Assembly: GCA_032718475.1 (NCBI GenBank)
Contig: JAUCBJ010008260.1
Location: 14,623 to 78,622, forward strand
Direction: 5' to 3'
Origin: Nemertoderma westbladi
Lineage: Eukaryota > Animalia > Xenacoelomorpha
DNA length: 64,000 nt
Part shown: positions 38,401-50,400 of the stretch, piece by piece
Layout of the letters: every line of letters begins with the position of its first letter
Position numbering within the stretch: position 1 is the stretch's first letter
The notes under the pieces: model-generated
Seen by the model: the letters and a program-made list of their open reading frames with translations, nothing else
Told to the model about the DNA's origin: nothing
Database searches by the model: none
Program-made: the position numbers and the translations under genes

Positions 38401-41400
38401 AAATAAAGCTTTATATTTACCTCTGGGTTTATGTAAATAAAGCTCTATATTTACCTCTGGGTTTATGTAAATAAAGCTCTATATTTACCTCTGGGTTTAT
38501 GTAAATAAAGCTCTATATTTTCCTCTGGGTTTATGTAAATAAAGCTCTATATTTACCTCTGGGTTTATGTAAATAAAGCTCTATATTTTCCTCTGGGTTT
38601 ATGTAAATAAAGCTCTATATTTACCTCTGGGTTTATGTAAATAAAACTTTATATTTACCTCTGGGTTTATGTAAATAAAGCTCTATATTTACCTCTGGGT
38701 TTATGTAAATAAAGCTTTATATTTACCTCTGGGTTTATGTAAATAAAGCTCTATATTTACCTCTGGGTTTATGTAAATAAAGCTCTATATTTTCCTCTGG
38801 GTTTATGTAAATAAAGCTCTATATTTACCTCTGGGTTTATGTAAATAAAGCTCTATATTTTCCTCTGGGTTTATGTAAATAAAGCTCTATATTTACCTCT
38901 GGGTTTATGTAAATAAAACTTTATATTTACCTCTGGGTTTATGTAAATAAAGCTCTATATTTACCTCTGGGTTTATGTAAATAAAGCTCTATATTTACCT
39001 CTGGGTTTATGTAAATAAAGCTCTATATTTACCTCTGGGTTTATGTAAATAAAGCTCTATATTTACCTCTGGGTTTATGTAAATAAAGCTCTATATTTAC
39101 CTCTGGGTTTAGATTAGTAACGGATGTTTTCCCGGAATGGATGATCCGTTTTATGGAATCGAACGTGGTCCCGTATAAATATTGTCCGAATTCTCCGTAT
39201 TCGACGTACTTTCCGTTCTCTATATTCTGTTCAAATTCTTGTCGAGTAACGAAGAAATAGTCTCGAGTGTGCTGCTCGGTTGGTCTGGGCGGGCGGGTTG
39301 TATCTGGACAAATAATTAATGAAAAGCGATGTATTAAATAAAATAAAAATTTGTTATTATTATATACTTTTGTTTTTATTTGGTACTTTATTATAGACTC
39401 ACGGGGCACATCCGGTCTGTATTTTCCAGAGTCATCTTCAGAAATCCGTTGTCGGAGTTCGTGTCTGCCGACATTAGAAGCTCCGACCAAAAATATTGGA
39501 CGTTTAGTCATCGGATCCTGTAAGACAAATAATAATAAAAGCATATTTTATATTTTATCAATATATCGATGCACGTAATTGGCATACTCAGATATTATAT
39601 TCTGTAATCTGTACAATGTTACCGTCAATACGAAATGTTTAAACCACTCACGCTCCATAATATTTACTTAGTAAAACTCACAGGGTTATAAAGTTCCACC
39701 TCTTCATAACATTCGAATTCTTCAGGTTCTGCAACGTCTCTGTGTTTATTTTTCTTACTCCTTGTAAATTTCATGATACTTTTTCCTTTCTTTTTTCCAC
39801 TGGTCTTCAAATATTGTCGCTTCAGCATTTCCCTCCTGACGAGTAAATGCGGCCACATTTTAGTATAAAGGCAAAAAGATTAGGTCTCGTGAGAAAATCT
39901 ATTTCCATACGGTACCTCAATAATGAAAAAAAATGTTACATTAGCAAGTCCTTAACAAACGAGTAGTATTATGGCTGAATATTTAGGTATGTGTCTAGAT
40001 TTAGGTATGGGTGATTCTCATTTATTCATCTGTCTAAGTACACAGTGAGAGATTTATCTGAATAAAACAAACAAACATTTGTACATTTTATGTATATCTG
40101 CTAATATTTATCAAACTCTACTGTATATGTGTGCGCTACACATGTACATTATGATTACTGTACACCATACCAAATCTCATAGATAAAGTTATCCAACAAA
40201 AACGTACCGTCATTCCTTGCACAAAAGCAAATCATTTCTAAAAAAAATAATATTTAAGGTACTGATTACAGCTTTGTGCTTAGTTCTCGTCTGTACACAT
40301 CTCTGATGTCAATCTTAAATAAATCCAGTATCACTTCAGTGATGGTAAACAATACTAAACCTAATGAATTATCTCTCGACACTCACGCTGTCTGTAAACT
40401 CCTACTGGGTACCAATCCCGCCAGGTATTGTTGGTTCTCCCCGTCTCGGTAGGCTTGCCACCAGTTCGTATCGTCCTGACTCATTACATGGAGTACGTCG
40501 CCCCGGGCGAACCCCAATCCCAACTCGCGACACGGCAGTTGTTTGTCTGTCTCGGGATCAAAGTTATACAAAGCTTTCACGTGAACCTGAAAAAAAATCA
40601 GGGAGTTAATGGAAACTCCAAATCGACGAATAAATATATCGTCAAAATTGACAATTAAGGAAAGGAGCTGGTACAGTGACACTTTATTCTAACCAAAACA
40701 ATAAACGAAAGTCAATAGAACATTTTATTTTTTGGGAGTAATCAGCAATTATTTGGGTCGATTTTCATATGGAAAGACCCCCCCCCCCCCCCCCCCCCCT
40801 ATCATCAATAGTTCAATCAAAAGCCAACAATTATCACTTCTTCATTAATTAATGGATTTTCTGCATAAGATTGTATACATTCAAAAGCAGATCACGTGAT
40901 TAAGTGAGCATCACAATAAAAAAGTAGTACTTCTTACTTACTTACTTACATAAATTGATGCTTTAATATTGTTGATAGTCTTTATCCTTTTAACAGTTTA
41001 CTAAATTTTCGGTGAAAATAAACCTGCCCGGATCACAATTCTTATTAAAATTGTTAAGTTCGTGTTAAGCACTCGTATCAACTGCAATGCAAGTACTTAA
41101 TCAAACTTGATAAGTTTAAAACCGATTGTTTTTCAGTCTAGCAAGCATTTGTCAAGTACTTATTAATAATGGCCAGTCATTGTAACTTTTTTTTTATGTA
41201 TATCAAGCATTTATTGTTAAGCACTTATTAAGTATGGCAAAGTTCTATATAATTCATTAAACCATTTATAGCGATTACTTACCAAGCTCTGTTCCCTAGG
41301 GAACGCAGGGTTGGCGTTCTTGCAGGGTTTCAGATGGAAGGTTAACGCGCCCAACATGTCCTCCATAACATCGCAAATGGCGTCGACGGACCAGCCAGTG

Positions 41401-44400
41401 ACGTTGATTCCGTTGACTTCAAGTATCTCGTCGCCCTCGTTAATATAACCTGCAAGTCGTTATAGAGTAACTCTCGAGTTACAGACTCAGTTATAAACAT
41501 AATAGATAGAAGATGTTCAATTTACGATGATTACTAGAATACTCGATTGAATAGTTGGAAAACACGATATTGCCAATGCAATAAGACGTCATCTGTTTTA
41601 TAGTCATTACAAAAAAATTATGGATAGAGAGAGTGATAAGCAGTGCCCAGAACTAAAAAAATAAACTCAGTTTTAAATTAAAAATTAGAGAACTTTGTTC
41701 TTTAGAAAATTGTTTAAAGGTCGATTTCTTTGAATTGTAAGCTTTATTATGTTACTAGGTTTTACAATGTTGTTATTGTTACACTTAGATAAATAAAAAG
41801 TACCTCCATTGTAAAAAATGAACTTTAACAAAAAAAATGTAAATTGATTTGATGTTGAGGAAAAATCTCTTTAAAATTTATCCAAAATCTCCTTGTTTAC
41901 GTGCCCATCAATTATTTATTGTAAATAATTAAGTTAATCGCTGAGTGATGTTTACCGAGTTAATTATCCCTATAACTCACCGCATTTATCAGCGGCTCCG
42001 CCTTTAACAATCCGACCAATCACAACCGACGACCCTTCGTTACGCACAGTACATCCTAGGGGCTCCAAAGTCTTCGCTATTTTGACGATCTGAAAAATTC
42101 AATTTTTGATATTGTTGGGCAAGTTTTTCGCTTGAATGGATATTTGTAATTATTTCGCATTTACAGTAAACAATTTATAATTTATTATTCTTTGTGTATC
42201 TCTATGTTATTAGGTTAAATTTGCTTTGTTTGCTATTTCATACACAGTATATAGGCCTACAATTATTATTATTACAATTATTACAATTTCCACTGCTTGA
42301 GGCTGTATCTATATACTAAAACATATACTCCCCCATTTTCTTCATCTAATACAACTCGGATTTGAACCCACCTTGATTCCATCGACGGTTTCCACTGACG
42401 CCTTTATCGGTGTGCCCGGGGGCGGGCACGCCATTCTGTTCTCGGCGGTTTGCAACGCAGCGATTTTATCGTGAGCCGTTAGTAAGTTGTGCATCTTAGA
42501 AGAGGATAGTATCTGTAGCAACTCCTGGGCTGCTCGACGTCTCGGTGGTTCTAGAACTCGTTGTACCTAAACCAGTGCGAAAAAACAGGAGACTATAATG
42601 GACGTGAGGAGGATGTATGGTCAATAAATATACATACAAGTGATTGCTTGGTAGCATCTAGTAGATCGCAAAGATGTAAACAACAATTCGATTAGCTTGA
42701 ATTGCTACAATGTTTAACTACTACAACAGTAGCTGGAGTTTTAGCGGCGACGGACAGACGGATAGCCAAATTGATACGAAAGTAGTGGCGTTGATCAAGA
42801 GATTGCACATACAATACGCTGTCACACTAACTCCCAAGATTAAACACTCAGTACATTTCAAAATTTTCTTAATAGTCACCCAGCAGAAACAAGGTTCCTA
42901 TATCTCTACTAGGTGAGGGAACCTGATCATGGTCTCTCAGTCAGGAGAAAAGTGGGCGACCGAATAGCTCCTAGAATGGCAGATTAATGACAGAAATACA
43001 CATAAAATGATTACTTAATTTCTGGGGGATTATATTTGAGCTTTATGTGTTTTATATAATATTGACTATATATTATAACGACGGTGATTATTATTATTAT
43101 TCATTACGGATCCACTTACATCGTTAGCCAATGGGATAGCGCAGTATCTCGCGGGAGTTTTCCGGTGCAACGATTCGCGAATAAGGATATTGTGTACCGC
43201 CATCTTGTGGTAGAACTTGGGATCGGATACTAAACCTCGCAACGGCGTCACCTGAGAATCGCTACTGGTGTTTTCTCGTTCGTCAAACGATACGATTTTA
43301 CTAACATCTTTGGGATCTAGAAAGTTAACATAATATCTTATAGTAATAAATTATGTACCGACATCGCATTGTATTATATTACAGTCGTCTAAATAATTAG
43401 TCCTTAAAATTACTGTAAGTTTTAATTTTATTTGGCTAATTTTTCAATTCATAAAAAATACGAAAAAACATGTAAAAGATGTGCCTATCCAATATAAACG
43501 CCGGCTGTATTCAGCGGTGTTCGTAGGGAAAAAAATTATTGTCAAATTTTTTGAACAATTATTTTTATTTAAAGTCGTTTCTTAATTGATATTTTCGATT
43601 AAAAGCAGTAACAGTCTAACCTATCAGATGAATTTCGGATTGAGAAGCAAATTTCCTTAATTGGTGTAGGTTATTCCCTAATGGTGGAGAATTCTGCAAT
43701 TTAACTCTAGTTGGCGTCGCTTGCACGACGTCTTGTATGGGGCGCCGATTGGCTAAGGGAGAATCAGTGTATGCCGGTGATTGGTTGCCCGTGTCCGTGG
43801 TGTCAGCTGATCCCGAGGGGGGAAGCCGGTTGAGGGGGACGCGGCGTCTGTCTACAGCTGGCGACGCGCTGATTGGCCGACGCTTGTCTAGGCGGGGGGA
43901 CGAGTCCCAGACGGGTTTAGCGGCCTGACCCAATCGGGGGGACGGCTGGATGTTGGAGCCGGACCGGGACGCAGGTTGGGGGGATCCTGCGAGTCTGGAC
44001 GACGGTTGAGTCCACGACGCCCCCTCGCGGCCCGATTCCATCACCGGGTCCGCCGGTACCACCGCGATGCTGGGCACCGGGAGGAGTATGTGTTGCCCCG
44101 GCAACGGGGGCGGGGGTGAGTCCGCGCTGGGGGTGGGGCTGAAGGCGGGATTCTGGTAGGCGAGGTTGTAGTCCGGGTCCTGTTGCGTGACCGTACGACT
44201 GCGCGCTTTCGGTTTGGGCGGCCCCCCAATGCTGGGGTCGCTACTGTACATCCGGTTCAACGCGTTCGCATCCAGTTGGTGGAGGTGCGACGGTTTCGGG
44301 AGTTCCGCCGTCTTCCGTGGTGATTCATCGTTTCCACGGTAATTATTGTTATCTGGAAAACAAATTATTAATTCATTAAATCGGCAATTCAATCGAACGA

Positions 44401-47400
44401 TACAATTATTGCATGCCCTTGATGAACCATGCCTTAGCACACGCCCCCAGCGGTGGTCCAATGAATTAATAATGAGTAGTAGCGATGTAACGTTTTTGAC
44501 GTAAATTTTTTTTAAAAATAAGTTTTCATTTTTAAAACTTCAGATTTTAATTATGCCATATTCAGCGAAAAATAATTGAAGACCAGTGTACAGTAGATAT
44601 AGAAATTGACAGAAATTGTAACGATTTGTGTCTAAGGTTAATATTTCAAAATATGAGATAAAAATTTTAAGGGATATATTTTTGGTGTTTTACGTTAGAT
44701 TTTTTGTGTTTATAGGCTTTGATGCCTTTCAAAATTTGAAACCACCTAGGGGGTTAGAAATTACTTTACCGGACTAACGTTTTGATTTCTGTTTTTCGGA
44801 CCGGTCCCTAGAAACAGCACCAAGTTTACGATATGGAAATAATATGGATTTAGTCAAAGAATACAACGCCATAATTAACTACTGTAGCGGAAACTGAGAA
44901 ACATACTGTACGTGTGGTGTACTGTAAGGTAGATATCATTTAATTTAGACGTAGTCATATTTCTACTAAGATTTAGCAGCTGTACAACAGTACATTAATA
45001 ATGGATGGAATACAACATACGAAATGTCTATAAAAACATCTCCAGATAACGCACACGTTACCTTACACCCACATCTCATGTTCTAATGTTCTATCATTAG
45101 GAACAGAACATACAGTATAAGGTAGTGGGTAGTGTGTGTGGTATAAGAAGATAGTATTAATTATTTAATTAACACAGATATAATAAATTACACCACAAAT
45201 AAATACAGTAAATATACAGTATATCAACATTTCACACTACTGTATAGTTACAATACATTTTTGTTTCATATTTTTGGGCGGTTATTTTATTAACTTTCAC
45301 TTTTCAGATCTGTAACGGGATGTCTGGAGATAGACGAACAATGTTTGTGCAAATTATGCGGCAGTACTCTCACTTTGCTACACACTCTAGACTGTTCTAG
45401 TATAAAACCTCATGGTCTGAGTTTTCTCGACAGGGTCGACTGATAACAAGCCCCAAACAAATTCATCATATTTCATTACTAATAATACATTTTACAAACA
45501 TTAATTGAATTTATGTATTTAATTTCGTACAGTCCATTATTTTATGCCGAAAGGCGCAAATAGAAATAAATAAACAGATTTTTCTGATTTAACATTAAAT
45601 TTTGAAAGAAGACTAGCGGGACACTGACGAACTGCTGATTCCCCGCACGTAAACTATTTTTGAGGCTTTCATTAGACTTCATGTGTACCAAGTTTGGTTT
45701 AATTTTATCGATGATTGACTGACTGAGTTATTAACATTTAAACATTAGGCGACAGACAGACACACCGACTACTACTACTATAATCGGCCTGCTGCATTGA
45801 TGCTGCACATAGAGATGCTATGCTGGCTTAACAAAAATATGTTGCCATCACCATGCAATCCTCAATTGGCAAGCCCAATGCAGCGTGCATTAAGAATGCT
45901 ATGTCGGCTTGCGCTTGACAGACCGACAGACAGACAAAGGGTGAAACACCGGTCGGCACCAGTATGCTAAACTCTCTTACTACGACCTTCACCCCACAGC
46001 CACAGCCAACCAAAAATAGGAAGTCAACAAATATGTTTCTTGAACAGGTCATTAACTACACCAATAATTGTAATTATTTTCTTAAAATAAATTAACAATT
46101 AAATATTATATTCGATAAAATAATAATGTGCGAATGTACAAATATATTCTATATAATACATATATTCTCACCTCACTAATACCTCACACAATCTGTTATT
46201 GTTGCGATAAAGGGGCTAGACTAAAAAAAATGTCGTTTATTTTTTTCCTGAATATTAAGTTTATCAAAAACCACATGTCTGAAAGCGGCTTGACCAAAAC
46301 CTTGGGCGCTAAAATCTACAGACAAGATTATCTTAAAGGACCTACTCAGTGGTTCAGCCATCCAGAGTCACACGTATTTTTATCTGCCGGTCATAACAGT
46401 TTTTCTAGGAAAGGGAAACTTTCAATCCACATCTATAACTCTATATAGATAATATTTATTCAATGATTATGTTTCTTATCAATAGAACTGACAAATTACT
46501 CCTTTAACATAAATCTCTTATAATAATTTCAATCAACGCCATATGACGTAATTAATTCCCGGTGTCACCAATACATGTTGTGGTAGTTAACAGAATTATA
46601 TATTTTAATGACAGCCGAAGTTGTAATTGACATGTTCAGAAATATAATTGATATAGTTTACACGATCCTACGAAATCAGAGTCCATTCAATCTGACATTT
46701 GTTTCTGCAAGGTGATACTCGGCATGATATGTGGTGTTGATAACATTATACGCACCAGCTTGGTGAACGTGGTATCATGGGATGGGATTTCCCGCAATAA
46801 TTTTCGAGTACATAGAATAATTTGCACAGAAAAACTTCGATCAGTTTGAGGAATATATATACCATATTGACATTTTTTTTGTATATAAGTAAAAGTAAAT
46901 TTTCTTCGGCCGCTAGGCCAGGGATTACGCACAAAGTCTGACGACTTATTTCCAGTGCGGTCCCCTTAGAACTTACTCCCCAGAGGAAACTCCAGTACTC
47001 ATTTAGCTACCACTTAAGGATGCAAGGCAGAGAGAGATGCGCCCTGGCTGGTCCCTTTAATAAAGCATTCGTGCCGAAACGAAAACTGCCCTGGCCCATG
47101 TGAGGATCGAACCCACGACCTACGGGAGATGTGAATTCAATGCAACCACTACACCAAGGTGGAACCTATATATTCGAACTATATATACTTACTGTGTTGG
47201 CTGATGTCCGCTCTTTTTAATGTCAGTGTTATCTTCTTTGATTTTAGGCACTAAAAAACATAAAACATTCATGATGTAATAATTTTATTTAATTTGAAAC
47301 AAAACAAACAAATCCGAAATCACCGCTTGTTATTAAGCAAACCTTTTGGTTTCAAACAACTTTCCCGATCTTTTAAGCACCTGCAACTCAAAAAGGTGTA

Positions 47401-50400
47401 CAGTTTGTGTAAATCTCTGGGATGGGATGGTTGACAAGTCACTTACAACAGGTTTACTCTTCACTGATTTCAAATTTCCCTCTATAATGTCAATCCGCAA
47501 AGAAGTGCAGACTTGTTATAGTGATTAGGCGATTATAGCGTCTATATGACTTCTAATATGCCTTAATACGACGCCATGTGAGTACTAGACCATAGAGAAC
47601 AAATCTTTGTAAATCGAATGTTGATAAAGTTTAAACATTATATTAATATAAACAATGGTTACGGCGGCGAATCCATAATAATTTCTACGTAATCCAAACC
47701 ATGGAAGTTCTAACGACACGATAAGAGAACAACCGGCTGATTAACCATTCTAGTCACGAACCCGGTGAGAGCGTCCACTCGGGATTAATTAGAGCGGGAT
47801 GGGTTGTATAAGTAAACGCCCCGGTGCAATCATTAAATAATCGGAGAGACTAGAGGAAATGTTCCGTGTAGGGAAGATTTATTGATTAGCGAATCCGGGG
47901 TTATAATTGGTTGAACAATATTGAGCTACGGAACTGCTCCCCAAGTCTAGTAGATCGCCACTCCAGTAACAAAACCATTATAGTTGATGTTGCACTTTTC
48001 TTTACTCTACTTGCATTTTGTAGTGATTTAGGTATTGTCAATGATTATTAATCGTGAAATAAAAACGAACAAATAAAGTAATAAAAATTCTGACAATTAG
48101 GTATAAAAAAGTACATAATAAGTTATTTAAACGGACAGGAAAAGTTATTCTGGTAGGTATTTAATCACTTTATCACTACGACTACCCTTATCCCAACCTA
48201 CGACTACCCTTATCCCAACCTACGAACTACCCTTATCCCAACCTACGAACTACCCTTATCCCAACCTACGAACTACCCTTATCCCAACCTACGACTACCC
48301 TTATCCCAACCTACGACTACCCTTATCCCAACCTACGACTACCCTTATCCCAACCTACGAACTACCCTTATCCCAACCTACGAACTACCCTTATCCCAAC
48401 CTACGAACTACCCTTATCCCAACCTACGAACTACCCTTATCTCGACCTACGAACTACCCTTATCCCAACCTAAGACTACCCTTATCCAAACCCAACCTAC
48501 GACTACCCTTATCCCAACCTACGACTACCCTTATCCCAACCTACGACTACCCTTATCCCAACCTACGACTACCCTTATCCCAACCCAACCCACGACTACC
48601 CTTATCCCAAACTGCGAAATACCCTTATCCCGACCTACGAACTACCCTTATCCCGACCTATAACTCTGTATCCTATGATGATAGACTTACATTGGCAATC
48701 ATTTTCACAATCTGCTCGTGATTGGCTGTTTCCAGGGAACGAGCGTTAACAGCAACCAATTCGTCGGTAACTTGGACACCAGCGCGTTGTCCCGGACCAC
48801 CTAAAAGAATTAACATTTGGTTGAAACCTGAGCACTACGACTACACCTTTAAATAGCAAATGCTGGTGGAAAATTATGAGGTTCAACTCGACACTCTTGT
48901 ATATCAGGCACATTGTCGTACTACTGTATATATGCGGCTTTTAATTGCAATAACAAAAAAATAATGTATTATTTCAGCAATCTGCTTTCCTATCATTTTT
49001 ATATCTCTTATTTTTGATGACTATAAATAAGGCGCTTTCAGGTATGATACACCAACAATGCAGTCTCTGAGCTGCCACAAATACAACATAAAAATGATAA
49101 TATTAAAGAATTAAAAAAACGTTGAACTATCTTTTTGAGAGCAGCTGAACACGGGGTATCTAAATGCTTTTCTGAATAATGTGGAAAATGGTATTAAAGA
49201 TAAGAGGCAATCAATTTTAGAGAACTATAGAATAATATGATCTGACTATGTGATACATAATATCAGGAACCTGGGGCAAAATTTTAATTATTAACTTGGG
49301 ATCTAATATTTTTAACACTTTTCCTTATTATGATGACTTCATCTATTTTTCTATCTGTATATAGGAAGGAGTATCTAACCAATTCTTATAATAATAATAA
49401 TAATAATAAATGGATTTACAGCTCCACGGTCGAGCCGGGCGCTGAAGGGTGTGAACCCTAAATGCGGCTTTAATTATCACTAATTAAATAATGCAGTTGT
49501 TGTCAGTACCATGTACTATTGTTTTTAAACTTAATACTATATTATCATTGTGATTTGATTTCTTCAGTAAACCTTTACATAATTTTTACCCGATCGCTCC
49601 CATAAGATATCGTTAATAAAATACGGAAACAAGAATTAAACACGACGCGAATCGCTTGGGTTAAATCTGAGAGTTCAATAAATATATACAAGCAGATGGT
49701 CAATAAGCCGCACGCAACCTTCCGCGCTAATCCCAGATCCTGGAGTCCCCCGTGTCAGCGCCGTAATCACGGGATCTGTAACCCCAGCCCAACTCCGCTC
49801 GGTACAACGCAATATTTCTCACTAACGCGGTGAAAAATCGATACAACTAGAATGCAAAATTATTTAATTCACAAAACGATTGAGCGGCAAATTGTTTCGC
49901 TTCAAACGTACGAAATTATTGATAAAATTTGTGTTTGAATGACCGATTAATTGTGTTTTGCAGCAGAGTTTTTGCTTTAGTTAGACCAAGAATTGTTGGC
50001 GTCGGATTCATTGTATCAAGTACAGTGAACTTAACAGAACCTATACAGCATTGGAGGTAGGTCATTATTCCTCACTGCTTGTCAGTTGAACGGAGTCGCC
50101 TCCGCTTTACAGGACATTGCTTTTTTCGTGAGGACCATCAGCCAGTGCTTTGGAGGCCTCATTGAGACTACCTCACTACATTCCATTCACTCACTTCAGC
50201 GGCTCTTAAAGGACACTCGCTTTGAAGATCCGGATAATCTCGCGAAATTTATTGGTGAAAGGGTGTGGTGCGGTGCAATTTTGTTGATAATATGACATTA
50301 TCAATGCAGCTGCAATGCAGCATGCCTATTATAAATATTGACGGAAAAAGTGTGAAACTTAGGTTAAACTTTAACCGAGGTTTACGATGCTTCCTGAATA

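Noticed and set aside
30058-39111. CRISPR array interpretation of the 34-bp repeat (also considered for the 63-bp and 53.6-54.1-kb arrays)
   Set aside because: Units are head-to-tail with no unique spacers, there are no cas genes, and the context is a eukaryotic intron.
39041-39544. 167-aa ORF as a single exon
   Set aside because: It reads through a 99-nt in-frame GT-AG intron (39402-39304) whose translation is not GuK-like. Retention is possible but unsupported.
48177-48660. Interstitial telomeric repeat
   Set aside because: It has CCC runs, but the 22/23-bp unit is not TTAGGG or TTAGG.
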